From Bacteroidia bacterium (lineage in GTDB: Bacteria > Bacteroidota > Bacteroidia > M30B66), in contig OZ257142.1 of NCBI GenBank assembly GCA_965279035.1, positions 160,001 through 224,000 on the forward strand: a stretch of 64,000 bases of DNA. The letters are read 5' to 3'. The notes under the pieces are model-generated. The model had not been told where the DNA came from. It searched no databases and was given only the letters and a program-made list of their open reading frames with translations. This document shows, in pieces, positions 50,900-60,794 of the stretch (position 1 is the first letter of the stretch; each line of letters begins with the position of its first letter). A program made the position numbers and the translations under genes.

Positions 50900-52099
50900 A
50901 TGAAGAGATTAATACTCCCTGCCTTTGCCATTATTTGCTCCCTTACCGCTTTTGGACAGCAAATCAACAATCCTTCTACTTCAATGGAACGCTTCCGTGT
51001 TTCTCAAGAAGAAGTGAATGCTCTAAAACAAGCTCATTCCGGCTCAGTTGATCGTTCAGATATAACTTTATATGTCGATTATCCTGCGGATGATGAGATA
51101 GAACAAGGAACTGGCACAAATACGAACTTTCTTTGGACGTTCAACAGTAACTACTCTGCTGCCTCTGATACGGATATTGTTCCTATCAATTTTATTGGTG
51201 TTCGTTTGCTCAATTTAACTGGATACACCGATCCACTTCAAGACCCGATTCAAACATATGCAGGTCCTTATCCTTATCCAAACAGTTTGACCGTTACTGT
51301 CGACAGTATCTTTATGTTGATGGCACATGAAAATAATACGGGTACTGAAAATAAATTCTATGTTGATTTAAGACAATTATCAGCAACTGGTGGATTTTCA
51401 AACTCACTTCCAACTGTATGGTCCGATTCAATTGTAACAACTACTTCACTTTCACCAAGTGGAAATTGGCTAGGAACTAATGCCCTTTATTCTTTAGCTA
51501 TGCCTGTAGGCTATACCACCAATGCGAATCAAAAAATCGGAATCGGACTTCGATACATCGCCCCTAAATTGGATACCCTTGGCATTCTTGCTTCTTATAT
51601 ATCTAATCCAAACGGGCCAGCATCTCCAAATGATTACGCAATGAAATCTAAATTTCCGTATTCAGTTGTTCGATGGGAAGGCTTTTCAGGTGGAAATTTT
51701 ATAGGTACATCCAATATCTTTTACAATTTTGCCCAAGGACAAACCGATACCTCTTATTTCAAAGCACAAAACTGGCAAATATGGGCTTTGCTCACTTTTA
51801 CTGATGTTACAGGGATTAAAGAACAAATTAAAGTTCCTTTAAACGCCGGTCAAAATCAACCAAATCCATTTCAATCAAACAGTCAATTCCGTTATACGAT
51901 TTCGACTCCTCAATTAATTAATCTGGTGATATATGATTTGAATGGTCGCCGTGTTCGTTCAAATAATTTAGGCTTCAAAACTCAAGGAGATTATCAAGCA
52001 GATCTTACTGCCGATGATTTAGAATCGGGCACTTATTTTTACCGACTTGAAGGAAGTAAGAGCCAATCTACAATGAATAAAATGGTTGTAGTTCATTAA
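50900..52099 (+). CDS. T9SS type A secreted protein of unknown function
   Basis: Signal peptide; QNQPNPF...SGTYFYRL...KMVVVH CTD. Confidence 0.82.
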   Translation: MKRLILPAFAIICSLTAFGQQINNPSTSMERFRVSQEEVNALKQAHSGSVDRSDITLYVDYPADDEIEQGTGTNTNFLWTFNSNYSAASDTDIVPINFIGVRLLNLTGYTDPLQDPIQTYAGPYPYPNSLTVTVDSIFMLMAHENNTGTENKFYVDLRQLSATGGFSNSLPTVWSDSIVTTTSLSPSGNWLGTNALYSLAMPVGYTTNANQKIGIGLRYIAPKLDTLGILASYISNPNGPASPNDYAMKSKFPYSVVRWEGFSGGNFIGTSNIFYNFAQGQTDTSYFKAQNWQIWALLTFTDVTGIKEQIKVPLNAGQNQPNPFQSNSQFRYTISTPQLINLVIYDLNGRRVRSNNLGFKTQGDYQADLTADDLESGTYFYRLEGSKSQSTMNKMVVVH

Positions 52100-52121
52100 T
52101 TAACTCGATAAAGCATTTTTG

Positions 52122-52151
52122 AAACCCGTTGTATTTCGCAGCGGGTTTTTT
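52122..52151. terminator. Intrinsic terminator between convergent genes
   Basis: AACCCGTTG...CAGCGGGTT followed by a T run. Confidence 0.7.
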
Positions 52152-53370
52152 ATTTTATATATAGAAGTGAACTATCACCATAACTCAAAAAACGATAGCC
52201 ATGGTGCAAAGCATATTCATACACTCGTTTCCATTCACTCCCTATACAGGCACTTACCAATAGCAACAATGTGCTTTGGGGTTGATGAAAGTTTGTAATA
52301 ATTGCATCGATGGTTCTGATTTGATAACCCGGTGCAATTATAATTTGTGTTTCTCCCTTTAAGAAATTCAAACTCCTTTCTTTCATCTGCCTTGCAAGAA
52401 ACAAAAATGCCTCTTTTCTGTTTGGCAATTCAGCCGATTCGAATTCATATGGATCCCATTGTTTTACTTGGATTCCAAATTCCGAATCAGGAAATTTCAT
52501 CAATCGTACTGCTGTCCAATAAATACTTTCAAGTGTTCTTAATGTGGTTGTTCCTACAGCAACTATTTTTCCTTTACTGGTGGCAATGGATTCAATTAAA
52601 TTGAAATTTGCTATTACCTCTTCCGAATGCATAACATGATCATTCATCCGATCTGCCTTGACTGGTTTAAATGTTCCTGCACCTACATGTAATGTGAGAC
52701 ATTGACAATCGACTCCAGCTATTTTCAAAGAATCTAACACTTCTTGTGTAAAGTGCAAACCTGCAGTAGGAGCTGCAACGGAACCTTTTTCATTTGCATA
52801 AACAGTTTGATAACGGCTCTTATCTTCTTCTTCAACTGCACGTTTCAAATAAGGTGGAAGCGGCAATAAACCAGCGGAATCTAAAATATCAGCAAAGCAA
52901 ATCTGATCTCCAGTCCATTCAAAAAGAATAACATAACCATCTTCCTTTCTTTCAATCTGACTCAATCGAAGCAGTTCACTCGACTGAAATTGGATTTCTA
53001 AAACTTCCTCTGGCTTCCATTTTTTAGCATTCCCAACATAGCAAAACCATGTTGCTGTTTCCTTCTGAAGCATTGCTTCTGGAATACTAATCAAGCCATT
53101 GGGTTCTAAACAAAAAACCTCAATCCATGCTCCGGTTTTCGTTTGTAGTTTAAGTCTCGCTTGAACAACGCGCGTTTGATTAAAAATCAGCAAATCGCCT
53201 TTTTCAAAATAGTTTGTTATTTGAGGAAATTGGGCGTCTTGAATTTCCCCTTCCTTATAAACCAATAAACGAGATGAATCCCTTTCCTTCAAAGGAAACT
53301 TGGCTATCTTTTCATCGGGTAGCTCATACGTAAAATCAGATATTGATATCGTTCTAGGATGAATGTTCAT
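52150..53370 (-). CDS. queA: S-adenosylmethionine:tRNA ribosyltransferase-isomerase
   Basis: PLPPYL, YQTVYA, GSVAAPTAGLHF, LHVGAGTF, TNFHQP, YRFLSYGD. Confidence 0.96.
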   Translation of the reverse strand: MNIHPRTISISDFTYELPDEKIAKFPLKERDSSRLLVYKEGEIQDAQFPQITNYFEKGDLLIFNQTRVVQARLKLQTKTGAWIEVFCLEPNGLISIPEAMLQKETATWFCYVGNAKKWKPEEVLEIQFQSSELLRLSQIERKEDGYVILFEWTGDQICFADILDSAGLLPLPPYLKRAVEEEDKSRYQTVYANEKGSVAAPTAGLHFTQEVLDSLKIAGVDCQCLTLHVGAGTFKPVKADRMNDHVMHSEEVIANFNLIESIATSKGKIVAVGTTTLRTLESIYWTAVRLMKFPDSEFGIQVKQWDPYEFESAELPNRKEAFLFLARQMKERSLNFLKGETQIIIAPGYQIRTIDAIITNFHQPQSTLLLLVSACIGSEWKRVYEYALHHGYRFLSYGDSSLLYIK

Positions 53371-54128
53371 TATGAACGAGATGCTTTCCTTATCCGTTTA
53401 AATAATTCGGATGCGTATACAAAATCATTAATCTCTTGATTATCTGTTTCAAGAATGTCTTGCTTATTTCCCTCCCACCATTTTTGGCCCTTATTCAAAT
53501 AAATTATCTTCTCCCCTATCTCTAAAACAGAATTCATATCATGGGTATTGATAACGGTTGTGATATTATACTCCTTCGTTATTTCATGAATTAAATTATC
53601 AATGATGATGGATGTTTTGGGATCAAGTCCTGAATTAGGTTCATCGCAAAACAAATAGCGCGGATTAAGGGCAATAGCTCGTGCAATAGCAACTCGTTTT
53701 TTCATCCCACCACTTAATTGAGATGGAAATAACTTATTGGCATTCGTTAAATTTACCCTATTCAAACAAAAGTTGACACGCTCTCTCCTTTCCTCTCCCG
53801 ACATTTTCCCAAACATCTGTAATGGAAATGCAACGTTTTCCTCTACCGTTTGAGAATCGAAAAGAGCGCCTCCTTGAAAGACCATCCCGATTTCTTTGCG
53901 AATCTCTCTTCGTTGATCTTCATCAAGTAAGGAGAAATCGCGTCCATCATATAAAATATTTCCTTCGTCTATTTGATATAAGGCTACAAGACATTTGATC
54001 AACACCGTTTTCCCTGAACCACTTCCCCCAATAACCAAGTTCGTTTTCCCCTCTTCAAAAATCACGTTAATATGATCCAGAATCTGGCGATTATCAAAGC
54101 TTTTACAGATGTTTTTAACCTCAATCAT
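53370..54128 (-). CDS. mlaF: MlaF/Mkl-type ABC ATP-binding protein
   Basis: GGSGSGKT, FQGGALFDS, LSGGMKKR, DEPNSGLDP; follows an MlaE permease. Confidence 0.85.
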   Translation of the reverse strand: MIEVKNICKSFDNRQILDHINVIFEEGKTNLVIGGSGSGKTVLIKCLVALYQIDEGNILYDGRDFSLLDEDQRREIRKEIGMVFQGGALFDSQTVEENVAFPLQMFGKMSGEERRERVNFCLNRVNLTNANKLFPSQLSGGMKKRVAIARAIALNPRYLFCDEPNSGLDPKTSIIIDNLIHEITKEYNITTVINTHDMNSVLEIGEKIIYLNKGQKWWEGNKQDILETDNQEINDFVYASELFKRIRKASRS

Positions 54129-54865
54129 GCTAAGAGTAATTGAGTTAAAATATAATTAGCAACCAATATGAAAATACTGCTATAAACAACCGCTTTCGTG
54201 CTAGAACTGCCCACTTCCAAAGCTCCACCTGAAGTGTAATATCCATAATAGGAAGAAATGGATGTGATAATGAACGCAAAAAATAAGGTTTTCACGAGGG
54301 CGTATACCACATAAAAAGGTTTGAAAACATACTGTATTCCATATAAATATTCAGTCGTAGTAACACTTCCGGCTATTACTCCAAAAAACCATCCTCCAGC
54401 AATTCCTAAAAACATACTCAGAATAATCAAAAATGGATTGATCAAAACAGCAGCAAGGATTTTAGGAAGCACTAAATAAGAAGAGGAATTTATCCCCATA
54501 ATTTCTAATGCATCAATTTGTTCTGTAACCCGCATTGTACCAATCTCAGATGCGATACTTGATCCCACCTTTCCAGCTAAAATCAAACTGATGATGGTTG
54601 GGGAAAACTCCAAAATAATGGAATCGCGCGTTGCTAAACCAACAGCATATAGTGGAATAAAAGGACTGTCGATATTATATGCCGTTTGAATGGTGATTAC
54701 AGCTCCCATAAAAAGGGAAATGATTGTAATGATAGGCAAAGAGTTGATTCCCAGAGAATTTATCTCGTACAACAATTGCCTTCTGAACCAAGCAAATCGT
54801 TGGGGTTTTCGGAAAACATTCCGAATAAAAAGGTAATAATGACCTGTTGAATAAAATATGTTCAT
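54125..54865 (-). CDS. mlaE: MlaE-family ABC permease
   Basis: LAGKVGSSIASEIGTMRVTEQIDALEIMG; -7 element at 54874-54881. Confidence 0.9.
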   Translation of the reverse strand: MNIFYSTGHYYLFIRNVFRKPQRFAWFRRQLLYEINSLGINSLPIITIISLFMGAVITIQTAYNIDSPFIPLYAVGLATRDSIILEFSPTIISLILAGKVGSSIASEIGTMRVTEQIDALEIMGINSSSYLVLPKILAAVLINPFLIILSMFLGIAGGWFFGVIAGSVTTTEYLYGIQYVFKPFYVVYALVKTLFFAFIITSISSYYGYYTSGGALEVGSSSTKAVVYSSIFILVANYILTQLLLA

Positions 54866-54988
54866 TTACAGCCCAAACCTAAGCAAAATACAGGATGGCT
54901 TTGGTTTCAAAAAATTGATTTTTCAAGGGATACACTGTTGATAGTTTATCATGAATGCAATATGCCTTCGTAACTTGCAGCAGAATCT

Positions 54989-56263
54989 ATGAATCAAGTT
55001 CATCTAGCTCAACGCTTAAATTTATTTAATCATCTCTCAAAATTAGAAGAATGTGTTTTTCTTCTTGATTCAAATGGATATGATGATGGGTATGGATCAT
55101 TTAGTTGGTTAATACTCGCTGGCAAAAAACGTTCGGTCAATGATAAAATGAATGATGGAAATCCTTGGGATGCACTACGTAATTTTTTAAAAGAGCCTAC
55201 TAATGCACCCTTCATTCCCGGATTTTTATCCTACGACTTAAAAAATTATATTGAAAATCTTCACTCGAATAACCTAGATCAAACTGAATTCGACCTTCTT
55301 TCTTTTGTCGAACCTACGCTTATATATGGCTTTGATCGTATGGATAATTTAATTTCATATGGTGATATTGGATTTGTTAATTCATGCATCCATGAAGAAA
55401 TTAAATCAGTAAAGCTTCCAGAAATTAATCTCAAATGCTATACTTCTGAAGAAGCTTATGAGCAACATTTTAACACATTAAAATCACATATTTTACGTGG
55501 AGATATCTATGAAGTAAATTACTGCATTCATTTTGGTTCCCTTGTGAAAGAATTGAATCCCATTGAATTATATTCTAGGCTAACACGTATTTCACCATCA
55601 CCATTTGCTTGCTTAATGAAAAATGGAAATCAATGGTTGATTGGATCAAGTCCAGAACGTTTTATTCATAAAAAAGGGAAACAGCTAATTTCTCAACCAA
55701 TAAAAGGAACTATTCGAAAATCAGAATCACCTATTCATGATCAAATAGCTATAGAACAATTAAAGAATGATCCCAAAGAACGAGCTGAAAATATTATGAT
55801 TGTTGATTTAGTTCGAAACGATCTTTCGCATTATGCTCTAAAGGGCTCTGTGATTGTTGAAGAACTCTGTGAGATTTATCCATTTGCTACAGTTCATCAT
55901 ATGATTTCTACTATAAAAGCCGAGTTAACAGAGCAAAAATTTGGTCTAGATGCTATGATTAAAGCGTTTCCAATGGGTTCAATGACTGGAGCTCCCAAAA
56001 TTCGAGCAATGCAACTAGCAGAAGAAGAAGAGAATTTCAGAAGAGGAATTTATGCTGGTGCAATAGGATATTTTACATCAGAAGGTGATTATGACTTTGC
56101 CGTTATTATTCGGTCATTCACATGGAATGCACAATCAGGTTACCTTTCTTTCAGCACTGGTGGTGCTATAACTCAACGCTCAAATGCAAAAAACGAATAT
56201 TCCGAATGCTTATTAAAAGCTGAAGCATTAATGAAAGCATGTAATGATGAATCGGCTAATTGA
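54989..56263 (+). CDS. pabB: Aminodeoxychorismate synthase component I (chorismate-binding, PabB/TrpE family)
   Basis: GDIYEVN, SSPERF, PIKGT, KERAENIMIVDLVRNDL, FPMGSMTGAPK. Confidence 0.85.
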   Translation: MNQVHLAQRLNLFNHLSKLEECVFLLDSNGYDDGYGSFSWLILAGKKRSVNDKMNDGNPWDALRNFLKEPTNAPFIPGFLSYDLKNYIENLHSNNLDQTEFDLLSFVEPTLIYGFDRMDNLISYGDIGFVNSCIHEEIKSVKLPEINLKCYTSEEAYEQHFNTLKSHILRGDIYEVNYCIHFGSLVKELNPIELYSRLTRISPSPFACLMKNGNQWLIGSSPERFIHKKGKQLISQPIKGTIRKSESPIHDQIAIEQLKNDPKERAENIMIVDLVRNDLSHYALKGSVIVEELCEIYPFATVHHMISTIKAELTEQKFGLDAMIKAFPMGSMTGAPKIRAMQLAEEEENFRRGIYAGAIGYFTSEGDYDFAVIIRSFTWNAQSGYLSFSTGGAITQRSNAKNEYSECLLKAEALMKACNDESAN

Positions 56264-57551
56264 ACAATTCCCCAAAACACTTAAGAATCTTGGAATATCA
56301 TTGGAGAATCATGTGTATCTCGCACTTAGTTCTGGGCTTGATTCCGTGGTTCTCCTCGATTTATTTGCTCAATTTGGTTTTATCGGAACAATCGCTCATG
56401 TTAATTATGGATTACGAGGCGAGGACTCGATAGAAGATGAAGCACTAGCTCATAAACTTGCACTTCACTATCGTTGGAAAATAGAAGTGCTTTCTGCTGA
56501 TAATGAGATAAGTGAGCATCCTGGTGAATCAACCCAAATTGCTGCTCGAAGAATTCGTTACGATTGGTTTAATCTGCTTTTAGAAAGAAATTCATCATCA
56601 GTTTTAGCACTTGCGCATCATGCAAACGATCAAGCTGAAACATTCTTTATCAAGCTTTTAAGAGGTGGTGGAGTTGAAAGTCTTTCTGGAATGGATGAAC
56701 AGAATAGAAAATTTATTAGACCATTATTGAAGTATTCAAAAGAGGATCTTTTAGCATATGCTACTGAAAAAGAATTGGTTTGGAGAGAAGATCGAAGCAA
56801 TCAATCAGATGTGTATTTGAGAAATGCGATACGGCATCATATAATCCCTTCGATGATTCATGTTCAGCCTAATTCTTTACGGATGATGAATGAATCTATC
56901 ACACGTTTGAAAAGTGAAGAAAAACAACTTCGCTTTTTCACACAAGCATGGATAAAAGATCATGTAAATTATTTGCATTCAGGTTTTTCAATTAAGAAAA
57001 CTGATTTAGTCAATATGCCTTCACCCACATTTTTATTGCATGAATTATTGAAGGATTATGGATTTTCTTGGCGGTTTTGTGAGAGTATCTCCTCTAATCT
57101 TACCAATACACATACTCAGTACTTTTCTGCTGGCAAAAATGTTATCGTGTTAGACCGGCTTAATCTATCACTTAATCAGCATGTTGCGGCTGTTTCTGAG
57201 GATGAAACTGCAATTACTCCAACTATTTCTATAGAATATCATTCTACAATGCCCGAAAACATAGGCATTCAAACAAAAAATGAAGCTTGGTTTAGTGTAA
57301 ATAAAATTCAAGGAAAACTCTTATTAAGAAAGTGGCAAAAAGGCGATAGATACTGGCCTTGGGGAATGAATGGCAGCAAATTACTAAGTGATTATTTTAC
57401 AGATTTAAAATTACAACCAGAAGAAAAAGAAAATCAATGGATATTAACCTGTGACAATGAGATTGTTTGGGTTGTGAATCTTAGAATTGACAGGCGTTTC
57501 GCGGCAGATCCTGGAGAAAAAGACCTCGTTTGTATTCGAGTTTCAGAATAA
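56244..57551 (+). CDS. tilS: tRNA(Ile)-lysidine synthetase
   Basis: SSGLDS PP-loop, HVNYGLRG, AARRIRY, AHHANDQAET, IRPLL, EDRSN, RNAIR, TilS C-terminal domain. Confidence 0.93.
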   Translation: MMNRLIEQFPKTLKNLGISLENHVYLALSSGLDSVVLLDLFAQFGFIGTIAHVNYGLRGEDSIEDEALAHKLALHYRWKIEVLSADNEISEHPGESTQIAARRIRYDWFNLLLERNSSSVLALAHHANDQAETFFIKLLRGGGVESLSGMDEQNRKFIRPLLKYSKEDLLAYATEKELVWREDRSNQSDVYLRNAIRHHIIPSMIHVQPNSLRMMNESITRLKSEEKQLRFFTQAWIKDHVNYLHSGFSIKKTDLVNMPSPTFLLHELLKDYGFSWRFCESISSNLTNTHTQYFSAGKNVIVLDRLNLSLNQHVAAVSEDETAITPTISIEYHSTMPENIGIQTKNEAWFSVNKIQGKLLLRKWQKGDRYWPWGMNGSKLLSDYFTDLKLQPEEKENQWILTCDNEIVWVVNLRIDRRFAADPGEKDLVCIRVSE

Positions 57552-57622
57552 ACTATCTATGAAACTATGGTTTAGCAAAGACGTAACAGGATTCAGAAAC
57601 TGAAATTTAAAAACCTGACCAT

Positions 57623-57907
57623 ATGCGTAATGTGCCAATCGTTGAAAAAGAGACTGTGAAAAACATGGTTTTCCCAAGAGAAGAAGTACTTAAAAATAAA
57701 GATTCTGCAATCGAGAGGAGAACCTTACTCGAAAGAGCAACAATACTCAGTAATTTGTATCATAACAAAGTGAAAATTGTTTTCGAAGACCGTGATGGAA
57801 GCAAAATGGTCGACACAACAATTTGGGCTACGACCGAAGCTGCCATTATGCTTAAAGGTGGTGTGGTAATCCCAATTCATCGTATTCATAGCATTGACTT
57901 AGTTTAA
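57623..57907 (+). CDS. Small hypothetical protein
   Basis: 94-aa ORF with LSNLYHNKVKI...TTIWAT...LKGG..IPIHRI, resembling a small conserved Bacteroidota protein (recalled, not searched). Confidence 0.75.
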   Translation: MRNVPIVEKETVKNMVFPREEVLKNKDSAIERRTLLERATILSNLYHNKVKIVFEDRDGSKMVDTTIWATTEAAIMLKGGVVIPIHRIHSIDLV

Positions 57908-57999
57908 GCGTCAAATTGACAGCAAATCGGCATTTATTAAAATAATTCCTGTCGATTTAACCACGTTGGCGCATACCGTATAGAGGTTTATCGTAATTT

Positions 58000-58030
58000 G
58001 AGCCGGGGAACAGTTGTTGTTCCCCGGCTC
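58000..58030. other. Perfect 13-bp hairpin upstream of lemA
   Basis: GAGCCGGGGAACA-GTTGT-TGTTCCCCGGCTC. Confidence 0.7.
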
Positions 58031-58053
58031 ACGTATTTTAAACCCATACATAC

Positions 58054-58641
58054 ATGAAAAGCATTGTTTCAATTGGCGTAATCCTTCTAGTTGTCATCTT
58101 ACTTTTTGGCATTGGAGGATGTTCTTATAATAAAATGGTACAGAAGCAAGAAGCTGTATCGAGTGCATGGTCACAAGTTGAAAATGTTTATCAACGTAGA
58201 GCCGACCTCATTCCAAACCTAGTTAATACCGTTAAAGGAGCAGCAAATTTTGAAAAAAGCACTCTAGAGGCTGTTATGCAGGCTCGTGCGAGTGCTACGA
58301 GTGTTAAAATTGATGCAAATAATTTAGATGCTGCGAGTTTCCAGAAATTTGAACAAGCTCAACAAGGAGTTACTTCAGCATTATCACGTTTATTGGTTTC
58401 GGTTGAAGCATATCCCGAATTAAAAGCCAATCAAAACTTTCGTGATTTACAAACACAATTGGAAGGAACCGAAAATCGGATTGCTGTTGAAAGAAAGAAT
58501 TTCAATGAAATTGTGAAAGATTACAATAGCCATATCCGCTCTTTTCCGAACAACCTATATGCAGGCATGTTTGGATTTACTACGAAAGAATATTTCAAAG
58601 CTGCTGAAGGATCTGATAAAACTCCTGAAGTAAAATTCTAA
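58054..58641 (+). CDS. lemA: LemA family protein
   Basis: WSQVENVYQRRADLIPNLV, YPELKANQNF, EGTENRI. Confidence 0.95.
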   Translation: MKSIVSIGVILLVVILLFGIGGCSYNKMVQKQEAVSSAWSQVENVYQRRADLIPNLVNTVKGAANFEKSTLEAVMQARASATSVKIDANNLDAASFQKFEQAQQGVTSALSRLLVSVEAYPELKANQNFRDLQTQLEGTENRIAVERKNFNEIVKDYNSHIRSFPNNLYAGMFGFTTKEYFKAAEGSDKTPEVKF

Positions 58642-59075
58642 TGGCTCAGAAATTCATTAGTAAATCTGAAGAAAAAGCAATTACGGATGCGATTGCTTTG
58701 GCAGAAAAGGAAACTTCAGGCGAAATTCGGGTTCATATCGAATCTACGTGCAAAGGAGATGCTGTTGATAGAGCCGTAGAAATCTTTTATCGATTAAAAA
58801 TGGAGCAGACGAAAGAAAAAAATGGTGTACTGCTTTATGTTGCAATCAAAGATCGAAAGCTTGCAATCATTGGTGATTCTGGAATAAATGCTGTTGTGCC
58901 AGATGGTTTTTGGGACAAAACAAAAGACTTTCTCGTTAACCATTTTAAAGAAAGCAAATTTACTGAAGGATTAGTTGGAGCAATTGATCAAGCGGGACAA
59001 CAACTTAAACAGTACTTTCCTTATCAAAGTAACGATAGCAATGAACTCTCCAATGAAATCTCAATCGGGAATTAA
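58641..59075 (+). CDS. TPM domain protein
   Basis: AEKETSGEIRVHIE, NGVLLY, GDSGIN, NELSNEI. Confidence 0.9.
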   Translation: MAQKFISKSEEKAITDAIALAEKETSGEIRVHIESTCKGDAVDRAVEIFYRLKMEQTKEKNGVLLYVAIKDRKLAIIGDSGINAVVPDGFWDKTKDFLVNHFKESKFTEGLVGAIDQAGQQLKQYFPYQSNDSNELSNEISIGN

Positions 59076-59829
59076 GAAAATTGCGTTCGTTTTTCTCCTG
59101 CTTTCCGGGTTTTGTCTGAATTTGTATTCAAGGGATTTACCTAAGAGACCAGAACCTGCTCGACTAGTAAATGACTTTGCATCAATCCTTTCGGATTCTG
59201 AAAAAGATCAATTAGAGAAAAAATTAGTTGCATTCGATGATAGTACCTCCAATCAAATTGCGATTGTAACACTATCGAACTTGGATGGAGAGCCAGCTTC
59301 TTCTTATGCTCCTGAACTTTTCAATTCTTGGAAAATAGGAAATCAAGGTAGAAATAATGGGGTGTTGATTCTAGTTTCAATGGACAATCCTCGAGAGGTA
59401 TTTATCAATACAGGCTATGGAATGGAAGAATTCATACCGGATATTACCGCCGGAAGAATCGTCCAAGAGGATTTACTACCTTTCTTTAAGCAAAAGCTTT
59501 ATTATCAAGGTTTAGATAAAGCATCAACTGATTTGATGCAGTTATTATCTGGAACATTTAAAGGATTTCCTAAAAAAGAACGACAACGTGGTATTCCTCC
59601 ATTAGTCATTGTTGTATTAATCATTGTCGCTATAATACTTATATCTAGATCGAAAGGAGGAGGAGGAGGAAGGTATATGCGCACCTTTGGAGGTCCTGGA
59701 TTTGGAGGATGGGGCGGCGGCGGATTTGGAGGATTCGGAGGCAGTTCAGGAGGAGGTTTTAGTGGTGGTGGATTTGGTGGATTTGGAGGAGGAAGTACCG
59801 GTGGGGGTGGCGCTGGAGGTAGTTGGTAA
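59041..59829 (+). CDS. TPM domain membrane protein with Gly-rich C-terminal tail
   Basis: VNDFA, QIAIVT, WKIG...NNGVLIL, TGYGME, TM helix, GGFGGG...GGGAGGSW; start at 59041 or 59053. Confidence 0.9.
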   Translation: MNSPMKSQSGIKKIAFVFLLLSGFCLNLYSRDLPKRPEPARLVNDFASILSDSEKDQLEKKLVAFDDSTSNQIAIVTLSNLDGEPASSYAPELFNSWKIGNQGRNNGVLILVSMDNPREVFINTGYGMEEFIPDITAGRIVQEDLLPFFKQKLYYQGLDKASTDLMQLLSGTFKGFPKKERQRGIPPLVIVVLIIVAIILISRSKGGGGGRYMRTFGGPGFGGWGGGGFGGFGGSSGGGFSGGGFGGFGGGSTGGGGAGGSW

Positions 59830-59899
59830 GATATTTTATTAAAATCGTTGCGAAATGACAAGAATTCTTTTAGGTTTGAATTCACTCAATTCGAAATAA

Positions 59900-60460
59900 A
59901 TGAAGCTCATCTTTACACTGGTATTTCTCATTTTTACTGTCAATGGATATAGTCAAGCTGCCAAAGGAATGGAATACTTTGATGGCTGGGCATGCACAAA
60001 GAAAGGGGATACACTACGAGGAAAAATCTGCTATGAAAGCACTAAAACAGGTGAACGCTTTGATAAAATTTTCTTCATCGATGCAGCCAATGCCAAAAAA
60101 CGCCTAGGTCCAGAAAAGCTTGTTTCTTTTGGTGTTCAAGGGAAAATTTATGAATATGTCTTGTTAGAAGAAGCCCCTTCAGCTCTCCCAATGCAACAAG
60201 TTATAGTGGGTGATATCAGTTTATATTATGGGTATTTTCCAACGATGGAAGCAACTCCTCAGAAATTTATTTACGAAAAGGGAATCTTTTTGAAAAAGAA
60301 AGATCAAGAAGGATACTTTGAAGTATTGGATAAGAAATTCCAAAAAACAATGTCGACCTATTTTAAAGGAGATGATGACATTATTAAATTAATTAAAGAC
60401 AACGACTATCAAGCTAAAGACATTGAAAAGATTGTTGCAGCATACAACGCAAAGAAATAA
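59900..60460 (+). CDS. Hypothetical exported protein
   Basis: Signal peptide; GDTLRGKI motif; -7 element TAGGTTTG at 59871-59878. Confidence 0.75.
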   Translation: MKLIFTLVFLIFTVNGYSQAAKGMEYFDGWACTKKGDTLRGKICYESTKTGERFDKIFFIDAANAKKRLGPEKLVSFGVQGKIYEYVLLEEAPSALPMQQVIVGDISLYYGYFPTMEATPQKFIYEKGIFLKKKDQEGYFEVLDKKFQKTMSTYFKGDDDIIKLIKDNDYQAKDIEKIVAAYNAKK

Positions 60461-60496
60461 TTTTTCATTCGACTCTACACCTATACATATGTATAT

Positions 60497-60520
60497 AAAA
60501 AGCGGCAATTGCCGCTTTTT
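60497..60520. terminator. Intrinsic terminator (perfect palindrome)
   Basis: AAAAAGCGGCAATTGCCGCTTTTT. Confidence 0.75.
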
Positions 60521-60731
60521 ATATTTTTAGTTAGTTATAAGGGGAATAAACAAGCTTGACTGATTTTAAAATAGAAAAAGCCAGCTCCTTGTGTAAGTTT
60601 TTCTGTTGATATCGGTTAACAACTTTTGCAATATTATACCTCAAGCGGCTGATTTTATACTTTTGAGATGCATTGATGACTTTGTATTGATTTTATTACA
60701 TAAATATGCATCAACTTTTTTGTAACTTTAA

Positions 60732-60762
60732 TTTGACTTCTCTGTAAGAATAGATAACTTTG
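60732..60762 (+). promoter_or_regulatory. Consensus Bacteroidota primary-sigma promoter
   Basis: TTTG (60732-60735), 19-nt spacer, TAACTTTG (60755-60762). Confidence 0.75.
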
Positions 60763-60794
60763 AACCCGTTAACCTAACTAAAATTCAGAACAGT

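Noticed and set aside
59655-59826. GGA/GGT-rich low-complexity repeat and antisense Pro-rich ORF 59505-59885
   Set aside because: Explained by the normal Gly-rich tail of TPM-domain proteins.
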